A DNA stretch of 50,639 nucleotides, from positions 1-50,639 of IMG/VR virus record IMGVR_UViG_3300037424_002715. One strand, given 5' to 3'. Every line of letters starts with the position of its first letter. The first letter of the stretch is position 1. Of the stretch, positions 34,701 through 44,491 are shown piece after piece. A program made the position numbers and the translations under genes. This DNA comes from a virus. Taxonomy: Duplodnaviria > Caudoviricetes. The notes under the pieces are model-generated. The model ran no database searches. It had not been told where the DNA came from and was given only the letters and a program-made list of their open reading frames with translations.

Positions 34701-35827
34701 TGAGCGGAACCATCAAATGTTTCTGGTTCATGGGTACAGGTGGGGAAAGCGATACCACCATCCGGGATCTGATCAATACCATCCATGCCTTCTCTGGAGC
34801 CCGGGCGACCTTTCCCGGAGATTATTATTCCGCTTCTGAGAACATCAATGGGGAGACAACCATCCTTCAGGACGATTACGCCGAAGGCTTTGACCTGGAA
34901 TTTGACCTGGCAGCTCCGGCTTCCTTTGAGATACGGACCAATGTCAAAATCAAACCAGACAAGTATGAAGAAAAAGCCATCATCGAGACGGATACCGGTA
35001 CAAAACTTGTGTTTACAAATCTGGGATCCGGTTTCTATAGTGTAGCCCTGATCTCAACCCCATCCGCCCAACAAATGTACAAGTTCCGTTATTCTTCAGG
35101 AAGTGCCAAACAGCACTTCCGTGTTCTTTATCACGAAAACAACGTCAGTATTTACCATAACTACAAGTGGGTGACCTCCATTACGCTGGACGAATTGATC
35201 TATACCCAGACTAATTATACTGACATCAAAGTCTATACTTCCTCCAACTTGGAATTTCAGGACATCTGGGTCAGAGACCTATCGGATTGGCGGGAGGCTG
35301 TATATATTGATCTTGAGACAGACGGAATGGCTGCTCTTTCCTCCATTATCCAGGAACGGCCTATTGAGTCCAACAGCAACCCGGATGGATCCATACGCTG
35401 GTATTATGAGATGGCAAGACCGGAAGTGACACTCCTGACTGAACCAATCACACATGAGCAGGATGAATCCTTTCCACCTGAAGGAGCCAGTGATGCCATT
35501 GTTTACGGTTCCAAGGATGTGGTCACCATTCACAGCGATCTATTCGCCCAGGATCTGGGATTCTCCACAAAGATCATCCGGCTGCCCAATCTCAATGTTG
35601 GTAAAGTGGAGGCAGCCTACCGCATGTTGAAACGCGCCTACGAAAGCAGGGAACATCATTCCCTAAGCATTCGTCCTGACGTTCGTATTTTGCCTGGTGA
35701 TGTATTGCATGTCACCTATACCCTTTCTGTAACCAACAGATTGATCAGCTTTTCGACGATCGTGGAATCGGTGACTTGTGGACTTCAGTCTTCCATGCGT
35801 ATTACAGGAAGAGGATATTTACCCTAA
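31724..35827 (+). CDS. Baseplate hub / tail-associated protein with inserted beta-rich domains
   Basis: 1367 aa; hub-like EYVLHGTYIIE and DVRILPGDVLHV segments; synteny. Confidence 0.7.
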   Translation: MSRDVSSSMLEAIANEHGYKFISKVEVFPSRVYFDIITDDNAFPSPDTQPASNDPVRQDILHHSGLGLVTFYCDGDLKYALQGNSTPVTTNLNSSKKPGVFGDMLYLIEGTDVNRYEINWTDISNLETSPFSLVQTPVPSNAPVVVHGISETECVVFGNGDGGFSIHYFNGITEILSPARFMFPTSVDWAESSRSMESLGIFSTAFRLGNRVFAYISNACSGIVQGIFYDLDSGVWSDVFTALPTDLQVSLCEFRIANSFVRNGVGYLVGQLLRTDIFQSAYPYTLILKTVDGKSFSIDRFTLVSNLGYRFLGIVGSDNHLYLGNCNRVCEDLSTWVFDGNDDSTSPMTSIAFEDLLATEDVNAQRITLNLPAGDEQVYENAHYVKGARLKLYSGYHTSLGNEYVLHGTYIIETIGKSFANGQRGFKVTCTQEGHWRLTGESMPFYAEIFGLSSLYDPLTEASGKLFVAPSGVRTDTHFYVDFWNHEGYANTEEGITAIDLNYNGGVSHTTISGAHKVAMITKDDLSDKLNSATNPKITGTTLTVKLYGWSRALAIGQANDIVNLILVTCDEDGNNELTEITTDTQNWPITYPYQGAGIKPITLTLTGQTVERFIKKVGVVFEQSVGTNFTIARVEFVNNVELPISLSLANTPWSVEADGTFKVPGSGQPFIMFAQKPYNAWNFTLTSLFENTVTGGVTGYATAVGLVGLAQDAANYVLARFDKTSGKVQLVKSRNGIETVLDEATPGWTIEDIQGIQFIHRDGHFTIMMYRDSTTQYEMVLEHDWIAADGFMYTSAISTRKCGIYGAILSPFVRTLSYASGSQDTVSNSDGLPIDPLADITDFPSSGNLRIGDNVYSYSGKLAHASYVDGPYQFRTCGIYPPPFGNGQAGLECLAFDWYAAENLYAGKFISIDNGSTYICSASLWRVFTTTHNVKNYILGRSRHYSSNNSIGRSTATLANKIMLGIGGFTGVGLISGTQTRHPVGEYAFLELSGTIKCFWFMGTGGESDTTIRDLINTIHAFSGARATFPGDYYSASENINGETTILQDDYAEGFDLEFDLAAPASFEIRTNVKIKPDKYEEKAIIETDTGTKLVFTNLGSGFYSVALISTPSAQQMYKFRYSSGSAKQHFRVLYHENNVSIYHNYKWVTSITLDELIYTQTNYTDIKVYTSSNLEFQDIWVRDLSDWREAVYIDLETDGMAALSSIIQERPIESNSNPDGSIRWYYEMARPEVTLLTEPITHEQDESFPPEGASDAIVYGSKDVVTIHSDLFAQDLGFSTKIIRLPNLNVGKVEAAYRMLKRAYESREHHSLSIRPDVRILPGDVLHVTYTLSVTNRLISFSTIVESVTCGLQSSMRITGRGYLP

Positions 35828-38148
35828 TGCAAAAGCGTCTTGCGCAACAAGTCTCAACCAAAATCCGCAGTGGCAGACTGATGCCCGCTACAGTGATCGA
35901 TGTCTTTTTTGACAAGGCATCTGTACAACTTTCCGGAAACGGAATGGTCATGCGTGGTCTTCAGATTATCGGCGGCCCCATCCATGCTGGCGAACTGGTC
36001 AATGTCGATTTTACAACCCATGTCCCAACAGTGGTAGCGAGTGGCATAGAAGGGATAAGTGCGTCTGATCTGGACGCCGCCTTGAAATCTCTGGTGGAAC
36101 AACAAATCTCGTCCATTGCACAAATCAAGATAACTCTTTTTTCCGGTGGCAGTGTGATCGATATGTATCCACCTACACCAGATGGCCTGATCGCCGCCCT
36201 GGGAGATTCCAATATTGGCGATATTGTCTGGATGCCGGATGTGCAAATAGAGGGAGACTTCGAAGTTCCTGACGGAGTAGCATTATGCGGGATCTCCAGA
36301 CGCCAGACCATCATCGCGGGCACGGTTACCATTGGAGAGAACTCGTCCCTTGAAAGTCTCAAGGTGGTCAAATACGAACGAAGTGACAACGAACTGACCG
36401 CGGTCATTTGTACAGCTATCTCCGAGCAGGCTCACATTGTTGATTGTGAAATACATTCCTACTCCTGTCAATTGGGTCGGGCGAATGGAATCTCTTTGGA
36501 AAATAATGGTCTCCTGATCGTGGAGCGCTCCACGATTTTTGCAGATACAGGCGGTACCACTTCCTATGCTTTCAAGTGCGGCACAGGCGGGACAATCACC
36601 ATGAACCATAATCATCTCTTTGGCAAAACAGCCTGGTATGATATTGGAACAACATCCATCAAGGAGTATGGAAATCTGGAAGCAGACCTTTCCGAGATCC
36701 TCATATGGTGTGTACTTCCAAGTTTTGACAACCAGTTTCTCAGCAGACCAGTTGCCGAATCTGTACAGGACCTGCTTGTTCCCAGAAACCCTCTTGGTTT
36801 TAGCACATCTGAAACTATCTCCACTGGCGGGAATAATCTCCGAAATGTTGTTCTTCGATTTGGAAACGAGATCTACGGTCAGCAAAACGGCGGTGGGGCT
36901 GTGAAGATCAGGGAGTACAACCATCTTACGGCCACCAGCTTGTCCATTGCAGCCTATACCGGAGTCGATGAGGATATCAGATTCTGTGTTGTTGACTATC
37001 GTACAGTCCTGGCTGCTACCGGGAAAAGTCAACTTGTTGATGATGCAGAACATAAGATAAAGATCCATCTTTTGGATTATTCAGAGAACACTTCCAATGT
37101 CTTGTATGAATTTCCGGCCTGGGTGGATCAGGGTGGAGGAACCCAGTTCCTGCGTTATGGAGCTCCGGATGGTATCAATACTGTTCATACGATTGCTGGA
37201 GATCTGCTTGTCGTCTTCTCCGGAGCGGTGGCCCTGGAAACCGTCGCATCACATGAGCTTGTCAATGTATCTAACTTTGGGCACACCTTCAAAGGCGGGC
37301 GCTATTTCCTCGTAAAGAACTGGACACAGGATGGTGCATGGACTTTGATCTATGATCTCTTCGAAGAGATCGATTCGAATTACCCGTACAACGCCAATCC
37401 CACCATTGGATATGATCCAGATCTTGGACATAATCCCTCCAATGAATATTTTACTCTTGCGGTCGGTGGCGACGTAAACGGCAACCCAAATAACAATCCA
37501 GTCGTTATTGGAAACAGCCTTGTTACCGTACTTGGTAGCTATCTTGGTTATATTGACGATGCGGACTTCCCAAGATGGAATGCCGCCTTTGTACTGGATC
37601 TGGAAACTCTTGAACTGACTTCTCAATTGACACTCATGGGAGCCAATGACGGCTGGATAGTTCACAGACCGGTTGTCGATCAAACATCAGGATTGATATT
37701 TGCCTATGCCCGATCATGGGATGAAACACTGGATTATTATTATTCCATTGATCCCACTTCACCTGCTCTTTCCTTCCTGTTCTCCAGAACCCATACAATA
37801 GTCTGGTTGCTTTCATCCAGGTCGAAAGCATACTTTATAGAAGTGGGAGCCACGACCTTCAATCTGTTTGACATGAGTGAAGCAACCATCTGGTCCGGAA
37901 AAACAAATCCCGGATACCAGGGTCATGGCTTTTGCCTTGCAATTGATGACAATGACAGACTGTGGCTTCACTACCATACTGATGGATCCATCAAGGGGCA
38001 TTTGCTCACAGACTACGATGACATTATTTCCATCGCAACGACCCGGACATCCTCCACAACCAAATGGAGTGTTCGTCAAATGGGCGATGTCTTCCTTCTA
38101 ATAATAGCTACCGCTGGTGGTACCTACCTTATTCGGGAGACCCCATAA
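35827..38148 (+). CDS. Tail spike / receptor-binding protein
   Basis: N-terminal ATVIDV..ASVQL..GELVNV (OB-like); beta-helix-like middle; aromatic beta-rich C-terminus. Confidence 0.6.
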   Translation: MQKRLAQQVSTKIRSGRLMPATVIDVFFDKASVQLSGNGMVMRGLQIIGGPIHAGELVNVDFTTHVPTVVASGIEGISASDLDAALKSLVEQQISSIAQIKITLFSGGSVIDMYPPTPDGLIAALGDSNIGDIVWMPDVQIEGDFEVPDGVALCGISRRQTIIAGTVTIGENSSLESLKVVKYERSDNELTAVICTAISEQAHIVDCEIHSYSCQLGRANGISLENNGLLIVERSTIFADTGGTTSYAFKCGTGGTITMNHNHLFGKTAWYDIGTTSIKEYGNLEADLSEILIWCVLPSFDNQFLSRPVAESVQDLLVPRNPLGFSTSETISTGGNNLRNVVLRFGNEIYGQQNGGGAVKIREYNHLTATSLSIAAYTGVDEDIRFCVVDYRTVLAATGKSQLVDDAEHKIKIHLLDYSENTSNVLYEFPAWVDQGGGTQFLRYGAPDGINTVHTIAGDLLVVFSGAVALETVASHELVNVSNFGHTFKGGRYFLVKNWTQDGAWTLIYDLFEEIDSNYPYNANPTIGYDPDLGHNPSNEYFTLAVGGDVNGNPNNNPVVIGNSLVTVLGSYLGYIDDADFPRWNAAFVLDLETLELTSQLTLMGANDGWIVHRPVVDQTSGLIFAYARSWDETLDYYYSIDPTSPALSFLFSRTHTIVWLLSSRSKAYFIEVGATTFNLFDMSEATIWSGKTNPGYQGHGFCLAIDDNDRLWLHYHTDGSIKGHLLTDYDDIISIATTRTSSTTKWSVRQMGDVFLLIIATAGGTYLIRETP

Positions 38149-38687
38149 TGAGTACGAGTCCAGCAAAGGGTGATCGCTCTGCGAGAGACATGGCATTTCC
38201 TGGTCTTCATGCAACGGACCTCGAAGACAATACTCCCATCAACCATGTGCCTACTCCAGGCCCAATTGGGAATGTGCCTGTCTCAGATGGTAATAAATGG
38301 GTGTCACAAGCGTTGGCAACATCAGACCCTCCCATTATGACCCTTGGTACCATGGAAGGCGAGTTGTCAGTTCTGGCATCACCGCTCAAGATCTACAATC
38401 TTTATGGAATGGACAGAACAATCACAAAGGTGTTTCTTTCCGTGGGAACGGCCCCGACAGGCGATGATCTTATTGTGGACGTGCTGGTGGATGGAGTCAG
38501 CATTTATCCTGGAGACGAATGTGTTATTCTCAATGGAGAAGACACAGGAGTCACAACCTTGATTTCCAGTCCTATCTGGTCAATGAACAGTTATCTAACC
38601 TGGGAAATTCTCCAAGTTGGAAGCTCCACAGCCGGTGAAGATCTGGTTGTACATATTGTTCATGAAGCAGCAATTGGAGGAAGCTAA
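38148..38687 (+). CDS. Minor tail/fibre protein
   Basis: GNVPVSDGNKW and VGTAPTGDDLIVDV...QVGSSTAG modules. Confidence 0.65.
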   Translation: MSTSPAKGDRSARDMAFPGLHATDLEDNTPINHVPTPGPIGNVPVSDGNKWVSQALATSDPPIMTLGTMEGELSVLASPLKIYNLYGMDRTITKVFLSVGTAPTGDDLIVDVLVDGVSIYPGDECVILNGEDTGVTTLISSPIWSMNSYLTWEILQVGSSTAGEDLVVHIVHEAAIGGS

Positions 38688-39508
38688 TGGATTTCTTCAA
38701 CCGAGTCAAGTTTACAACTGCCACTACTGGAACTGATGCCATTACGGTGGATTCAGCAGTATCCGGCTTTCGTACCCCGGCACAAGCTGGTATTCCGGAT
38801 GGAACCATTTTCAGCTACACCCTTTTAGATGCTAATGGGGAATGGGAAACAGGCTATGGGACTTATACAGTAAGCGGAACTACTGTTAGCAGGAATGTGC
38901 GTCAAAGTTCTAATAGCGACGCCTTGATTGACCTCAGTGGTGATGCCATAATGAGGTTGACATTGCTGGCAGAGGAAGTTGGTTATCAATTGCTGATCAA
39001 TGAATCCGGCGCATCCTTTTCCAACTTCACAGCTGCATCCGGTACCTGGAGCAGCGATGGGAGCGTTATAAAACAAACAGATACCGCTGCATCCGCGAGA
39101 AGGGCAAAGTTCAATACTCCCATGCCAATGGATAGCGGAGTTATTGAGGCAGAAATGCAGTTGCGTTCGTCAGGTTCTGAGCGTCAGGCTGGTTTTATTA
39201 TGGGTTTTGATGGCAGCAGTGGTGGTGGCATGGCTGTAAAGATGAGGGAAGGAAATAACGATGTTGAGTTGGAGCGTGATGGTATTACTGTAGATCTCTC
39301 ACTCTCAACAACAATTGACGTGAATACATGGTACAAGGTCCGCATTGTCTGGTCAGGAATTAATATAGCTATTTGGAAAGACGGTGTTCTTCTAGGCTCT
39401 GGCCGCTCCAGTTCAGCCTCAGGCAATCTGACCTATTTTGGATTGATAACATATCAGGCGGAAGCATGGTTTCGAAATATAAAGTTATGGCATTTACCTC
39501 TCCCATAG
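38687..39508 (+). CDS. Tail fibre protein with C-terminal ConA-like/lectin domain
   Basis: NRVKFTTATTGT...WETGYGTY N-module; NTWYKVRIVW..FGL..AWFRNIKL. Confidence 0.7.
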   Translation: MDFFNRVKFTTATTGTDAITVDSAVSGFRTPAQAGIPDGTIFSYTLLDANGEWETGYGTYTVSGTTVSRNVRQSSNSDALIDLSGDAIMRLTLLAEEVGYQLLINESGASFSNFTAASGTWSSDGSVIKQTDTAASARRAKFNTPMPMDSGVIEAEMQLRSSGSERQAGFIMGFDGSSGGGMAVKMREGNNDVELERDGITVDLSLSTTIDVNTWYKVRIVWSGINIAIWKDGVLLGSGRSSSASGNLTYFGLITYQAEAWFRNIKLWHLPLP

Positions 39509-39515
39509 AGCAATT

Positions 39516-39935
39516 ATGATCAACGGTGCGCTAGGTGAGTTTGCTCTTGGAGAAGACGAGGCTGTTAGTGACGTAACAGTCTCACCAGCTCCTGCGACCG
39601 TGGCAGTCAGCACAGTCGATCCCTATGTGCTGTTTTACATCAGTCCTGAACCGGCAATTGTTGCCACCAATGTTGCCGATCCAACCGTCCAGGCAGTCGT
39701 ATATGTTTCACCAGATCTGGCAGGCGCGGATGTACTCACAATTGACCCTGAGATATTCACAGGTCTAATAGTAGAATCAGCACCAGCCATTGCAGTCGTT
39801 TTATGCCTGGATCCGACTGTAGTAGCAGCCTTTTACTTTACGGCAACACCCGCATTTGTTTATGTAAGTTGTGTAGACCCAACTGTTATTGTTTCGTCAG
39901 GTCGGATCTTCGGACCAGCGGTACAATCAGGATAA
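39516..39935 (+). CDS. Virion structural protein with P.PA...DP repeats
   Basis: About five ~20-aa repeats (e.g. VSPAPATVAVSTVDPYV, ISPEPAIVATNVADPTV). Confidence 0.6.
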   Translation: MINGALGEFALGEDEAVSDVTVSPAPATVAVSTVDPYVLFYISPEPAIVATNVADPTVQAVVYVSPDLAGADVLTIDPEIFTGLIVESAPAIAVVLCLDPTVVAAFYFTATPAFVYVSCVDPTVIVSSGRIFGPAVQSG

Positions 39936-39945
39936 GGAGATTACT

Positions 39946-40407
39946 ATGGCAGGATGGACGAATCGTGGAAAGAAAAGAATACTGGAGCATGAATACCGGC
40001 GTACTACTTTGCCAACCAATTACTATATTGCATTGGTAACAAGCGCGGCAGCTCCAGGTCCTGACACCAATCTCATGTCAGAGCTGACTGAGATTGCTGC
40101 CGGGAATGGCTATACATCGGGTGGATATCAACTCACTCCAAACGCTACGGACTTCGATACTCTGACAGAGGATGATACTGGAGACATAGCTGAGATACTT
40201 ATCAAGGATGTGGAATGGGTGGCTACTGGAGGACCCATTCCTGCTTCTGGAAATGGAGCCCGCTATGCAGTTCTGCTTGATGACAATGCCACGATTGGCA
40301 GCAGGGAAGTCTATCATTACTGGTCACTGGTCTCCGATCGCTCCGTCGCGGAGGATAGTCCTCTACGTTTGATCAATCTGACAATACGTGCAACGGAACC
40401 CGCATAA
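39946..40407 (+). CDS. Tail-fibre-associated structural protein
   Basis: AAGGAG RBS; YIALVT...EIAAGNGYTSGG motif. Confidence 0.7.
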   Translation: MAGWTNRGKKRILEHEYRRTTLPTNYYIALVTSAAAPGPDTNLMSELTEIAAGNGYTSGGYQLTPNATDFDTLTEDDTGDIAEILIKDVEWVATGGPIPASGNGARYAVLLDDNATIGSREVYHYWSLVSDRSVAEDSPLRLINLTIRATEPA

Positions 40408-40432
40408 TTTCAAGTTGGAAAAGGTTATTTGA

Positions 40433-41137
40433 ATGGCAATCACTATAGGCGCTACCAAATCCAATTCCGGCAATCAGACCAACAGTTCAAGTTTTAGCTT
40501 CAATCATACAACTGACGCAAATACCAAGTGCCTGGTTGTTGTGGTTACTGGCGTTGATTCGTCTGCCACCGATTCGGTGGTTTCAGGAGTAACCTGGAAC
40601 ACTATTGCCTTACAGCAAATTGCAGGGGGAAGATACAGGGTGGGAAATGATTTCATCTCAATCTGGTACAAGGTTCTCCCTACTATAGAGGCAGTGAAAT
40701 CCATAGCCGTTACAATGGGGGGTACATGTACCGATGTTCAGGCAACTGCGCTCAATCTAATTGATGCTTCGGCCTATTCAATTGACTATGATAGTTTTGA
40801 TACAGGCACCGGCACAGGTTCAGCTACCAGCGCTGTAAGTCCCGCTGCCAGTGGTTCTATTGCAGTTGGCGGCGGAGTGGCTGATGGAGGAACTCCAGCA
40901 TCTCTAAGTATTACAACAGGAACTGAAAGCACAGGTTCTGAAGTAGACATGGGCTCGCAGTGTGCAAGCGTGGGATATGCTTCGGAGTCTGGTGGAGTGG
41001 CTACCATTGTATGGACATATGCCGCTGTTGTCTGTAGTTCTCTGGCGGCTACCTTCAAAGTAGAGACAGCGCCTTCTGTATCTCCTGGTGCATTCGCTAA
41101 AGCTACCAATGGTATGGTAGGAAGTGGAGTTTTCTAA
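40433..41137 (+). CDS. Ser/Thr-rich beta-sandwich virion protein
   Basis: SFSFNHT..CLVVVVT..VSGVTWN pattern. Confidence 0.6.
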   Translation: MAITIGATKSNSGNQTNSSSFSFNHTTDANTKCLVVVVTGVDSSATDSVVSGVTWNTIALQQIAGGRYRVGNDFISIWYKVLPTIEAVKSIAVTMGGTCTDVQATALNLIDASAYSIDYDSFDTGTGTGSATSAVSPAASGSIAVGGGVADGGTPASLSITTGTESTGSEVDMGSQCASVGYASESGGVATIVWTYAAVVCSSLAATFKVETAPSVSPGAFAKATNGMVGSGVF

Positions 41138-41970
41138 TGTTCAAGAAAAACACAGCAGGTCAATTCATTCATTTCCAGGGCGTGGATGCTTCCACTGGCG
41201 GTATCAAATCCGGTGTCTCCTGGACAGTTCGCAGATGTATCGATGGCACATTCGCGGCGGCAACGGGAACTGCCTCAGAAGATGGAACAACAGGCTGGTA
41301 CAAGTTTGCCTTGTCTCAGGCAGATACCAATGGGAACAACATCGCCTTCAACTTCACTGGCACAGGCGCAGTTCCGCAAACCGTGAACATCCTTACAGAT
41401 GGCGCAGCCCCGGATGTGAATATCACAAAGATCGGCGGTACTACACAGACCGCCCGTGATCTTGGTGCTTCTGTATTGCTCTCTCCTGGTACTGGAACCG
41501 GGGAACTGGATATAACTAGTGGCGTGGTCAAGGCGAACCTGGTGCAGATTCTGGCTACGGCTTTGACCGAAACGGCTGGACAGATTGCGGCGGCCTTCAA
41601 GCAGTTCTTTGATGTGGCCTCTCCGACTGGAACCATGAAGGCTATTACGAATGTGGTCACGACTACCAACCTGACCAATGCTCCAACGGCTGGTGATCTG
41701 ACGGCAGCCATGAAAGCCAGTGTCAATGCCGAAATGGTAGATACCCTGAATGTGGATACCTATGCTGAACCAGGCCAGGAAGCACCGCCTGCTACTACAA
41801 CTCTTGTGAAGAAGATCGGCCATCTCTATAAGGCTTTCCGAAACAAGATTACTCAAACCACATCCCAATTGAGTATATACAATGATACTGGAAGTACGAT
41901 CGACCAGAAAGCCAGTGTTTCAGATTCAGGTGGGACTCTCAGCCGTGACGAGATCGTGAGTGGCCCATAA
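41137..41970 (+). CDS. Fibre/decoration protein (paralog of 43204..44259)
   Basis: KKN..., IDGTF, EDGTTGWY..L...DTNG N-domain. Confidence 0.65.
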   Translation: MFKKNTAGQFIHFQGVDASTGGIKSGVSWTVRRCIDGTFAAATGTASEDGTTGWYKFALSQADTNGNNIAFNFTGTGAVPQTVNILTDGAAPDVNITKIGGTTQTARDLGASVLLSPGTGTGELDITSGVVKANLVQILATALTETAGQIAAAFKQFFDVASPTGTMKAITNVVTTTNLTNAPTAGDLTAAMKASVNAEMVDTLNVDTYAEPGQEAPPATTTLVKKIGHLYKAFRNKITQTTSQLSIYNDTGSTIDQKASVSDSGGTLSRDEIVSGP

Positions 41971-42755
41971 TGCCATTCCCAACTGTCTCCGTGCTGGACA
42001 ATTTCAATCGCGCTGATGGAGTTATCGGCAGTAATTGGAATGGCGAGACTAACGAATGGGAGGTTTCCGGGAACAAGGCCCGCTTTATTAGTTATGCTGG
42101 ATGGGCATATTGGAATGCCACCAGTTTCGGATCGGAGCAAGAAGCATTCTTTACCCTCGATACGATCCATACCACTATAGAAATAGACATTCTGCTGAAG
42201 ATAAATACTGATCCGGCTACCTATTGTATTGAAGTCCTCTATGACGAAACCAATACCCAGATTCAAGTATTTACCAACAATAATGGTTCATGGGTGAACC
42301 GAGGCACAATCAACAGCGTCTCGTTCTCAAACGGGGATCAGTTCGGCGCAAACTGTAATGCCAGTGGGTTGGTAGAGGTATTCAAGAATGGCAGCTCCCT
42401 GGGAACTGTAGACTGTTCCAGCTACACCTACTATGATCAGGGTGGATATATCGGCATATGGGTGGCGGGACAACAAGGTACTGAATACGTCCTTTTTGAA
42501 GACTTTGGTGGTGGAGACTCAGTAACAGGAACAATCGATACTCTATCGAAAAGAGCTTCAATCATTCAGCTTCTGAAACCATTTTCGATTATTCTGGTAA
42601 TACCAGATGGCACACTGGATCAAGGAGATCAGCAACATCTTATCTGGTTGTATTCCGGGATCCTGGCTGTTGCTGTTGGAGGACAGCCCTATATTCTTCG
42701 CCTTCATGGAATACCCACAATGGGCAAACGCGATCGCCCAGGAGGATGGAACTAA
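41970..42755 (+). CDS. Lectin-like (ConA) protein with C-terminal GIPT..DRPG.WN motif
   Basis: DNFNRADG..GSNW; GYIGIW; LFEDFGGG. Confidence 0.65.
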   Translation: MPFPTVSVLDNFNRADGVIGSNWNGETNEWEVSGNKARFISYAGWAYWNATSFGSEQEAFFTLDTIHTTIEIDILLKINTDPATYCIEVLYDETNTQIQVFTNNNGSWVNRGTINSVSFSNGDQFGANCNASGLVEVFKNGSSLGTVDCSSYTYYDQGGYIGIWVAGQQGTEYVLFEDFGGGDSVTGTIDTLSKRASIIQLLKPFSIILVIPDGTLDQGDQQHLIWLYSGILAVAVGGQPYILRLHGIPTMGKRDRPGGWN

Positions 42756-43174
42756 TGGACGCAAATCTCCAAGTTGGAAAAACCTATGAGTTTACTCACA
42801 CACGCAAGGGAAAATTCAAGGCACAGTTGATTGAGATCATCCCAGGGGATGAGGCAGACACGCAACTCCTGAAGGTGAAAATCGATACGAGAAGGGGGAG
42901 AGGACAGGAACGGTTAGCCAGAGTCAAGGCTGATATCACCGTGACCAACCTGCGCCCCTCACTAATCAGCGATATCGTACAATGCGAAGATGAGGCATGG
43001 CTAATCGAAAAGCGGGTTCCTGAGGAGTTATCCCGTGAAGAAAAAGAACGTAGAGCATACGAGGCAGAACAGAAAAGACTAGCACAAACCATAGCACAAA
43101 CTGTTATTACTGAGATCAACAAGCCAAAACCGAAAGGCAATTGGCGTGACCTGTTCCGGCGCAAGCCTCAGTAA
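42755..43174 (+). CDS. Hypothetical protein
   Basis: GGAGG RBS 9 nt before ATG 42755. Confidence 0.6.
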   Translation: MDANLQVGKTYEFTHTRKGKFKAQLIEIIPGDEADTQLLKVKIDTRRGRGQERLARVKADITVTNLRPSLISDIVQCEDEAWLIEKRVPEELSREEKERRAYEAEQKRLAQTIAQTVITEINKPKPKGNWRDLFRRKPQ

Positions 43175-43203
43175 TCTAATGTCTTTCTTCACGGAGGTAT
43201 AAC

Positions 43204-44259
43204 ATGGCCGACTGGCCCCCAAAAAAGAATGGTACTTTTACAGTATCGTTCCCAATCTACGACAATGATGGGGATTTAGTAACTGGAGCCGCAGCACTAG
43301 ATTCAGAAGTCTCGATCGATGGTGCAGGTTTCACTGACTGTACGAATGAGGCTGGCGAGGATGGTACCAGTGGCACATATGATCTGGTACTTACTGCAGG
43401 CGAAATGAATGGTGACAGGATCAAGGTTATTACCAAGACTACGACCCCGAACGCCAAAACTGCTGTGAATGTGATGTACACTGCCACTCGACAATTAGTG
43501 GATCTGGCCTTTCCAGTCACTTCTGGGCGCGGCGTTGACGTGGACGCCAGTGGTGGTGTGGAAGTTGGCTCATTCCAGGCAGGAGCTATTACAGCAGCTG
43601 CAATTGCGACAGATGCAATTGACGCCGATGCCCTGGCTGATGGCGCAATTACTGCCGCTGTATTTGCTGCGGGAGCCGTCGATGCTGCAGCCATTGCCAA
43701 TGGTGCGATTGATGCTGCAACTTTTGCAGCAGGTGCGATTGATAATGCTGCTTTCAATGTCACTGAGACTCTCACCGCCAACCCTGCTGCAGGTGGAATC
43801 TCCAATACCAGCTTTGCAGCAGGGGCCATCGATGCGGCTGCGATTGCTCCTGATGCAATCGGTTCTTCTGAATTTGCACAAGCTGCTGCGGATAAGATCT
43901 GGGCAAGTGCCACCCGCAACCTGACTGCACTTGGCTTCCAACTGGCGTCTGCGGACTTTACTGCCGGATTCCTGACAGCATCTCTTATCGCCACCGGAGC
44001 CGTGGATGCGGATGCCCTGGCTACAGATGCAATCAATGAAATTGCTGATGGTCTTATGACACGCGCTTCCTCCAACTGGGAAGCATCTGCGCCCGTAAAG
44101 TCCCTGGGTACGGCTGTCATGAAAGCAGTTCACCGTCTGCGCGATAATGCCGGAGCTCTTGAGATCTATCGCAGTGATGGGACCACAGTACATGCTTCAC
44201 AGACTGTTACCACCGATGCTGCCGCGGAGCCAATTGATGAGCTGACTGGAGCCGTATAA
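43204..44259 (+). CDS. Fibre protein with Ala-rich decapeptide repeats
   Basis: GGAGGT RBS; GAITAAAIAT/DAIDADALAD-type repeats. Confidence 0.75.
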   Translation: MADWPPKKNGTFTVSFPIYDNDGDLVTGAAALDSEVSIDGAGFTDCTNEAGEDGTSGTYDLVLTAGEMNGDRIKVITKTTTPNAKTAVNVMYTATRQLVDLAFPVTSGRGVDVDASGGVEVGSFQAGAITAAAIATDAIDADALADGAITAAVFAAGAVDAAAIANGAIDAATFAAGAIDNAAFNVTETLTANPAAGGISNTSFAAGAIDAAAIAPDAIGSSEFAQAAADKIWASATRNLTALGFQLASADFTAGFLTASLIATGAVDADALATDAINEIADGLMTRASSNWEASAPVKSLGTAVMKAVHRLRDNAGALEIYRSDGTTVHASQTVTTDAAAEPIDELTGAV

Positions 44260-44486
44260 TGACAACCATTCGTGCTCGAACTATTCATTCCTCCATCCTT
44301 TTCGGTGGAACTACGGTTGATGGACATAGAACAGAAGGACAGCCCTTCATGGTTCGCATGCAGGGAATCCCGACTGCACCAGGATATCATGACCGTCCTG
44401 GAAAATGGAACTTTCAGGATATGGGAGAAAGGTTGAAGAAACTTCTCAATCCCCTTCCCAAACCTGAACCTGGATTTGGCGACTAG
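44259..44486 (+). CDS. Small protein with GIPT..DRPG.WN motif
   Basis: QPFMVRMQGIPTAPGYHDRPGKWN; coupled to the upstream stop. Confidence 0.6.
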   Translation: MTTIRARTIHSSILFGGTTVDGHRTEGQPFMVRMQGIPTAPGYHDRPGKWNFQDMGERLKKLLNPLPKPEPGFGD

Positions 44487-44491
44487 TCTTC

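Noticed and set aside
43257-44193. Long antisense ORFs (287 and 207 aa) over the Ala-repeat gene
   Set aside because: Expected by-product of GCN-rich repeats; no recognisable motif.
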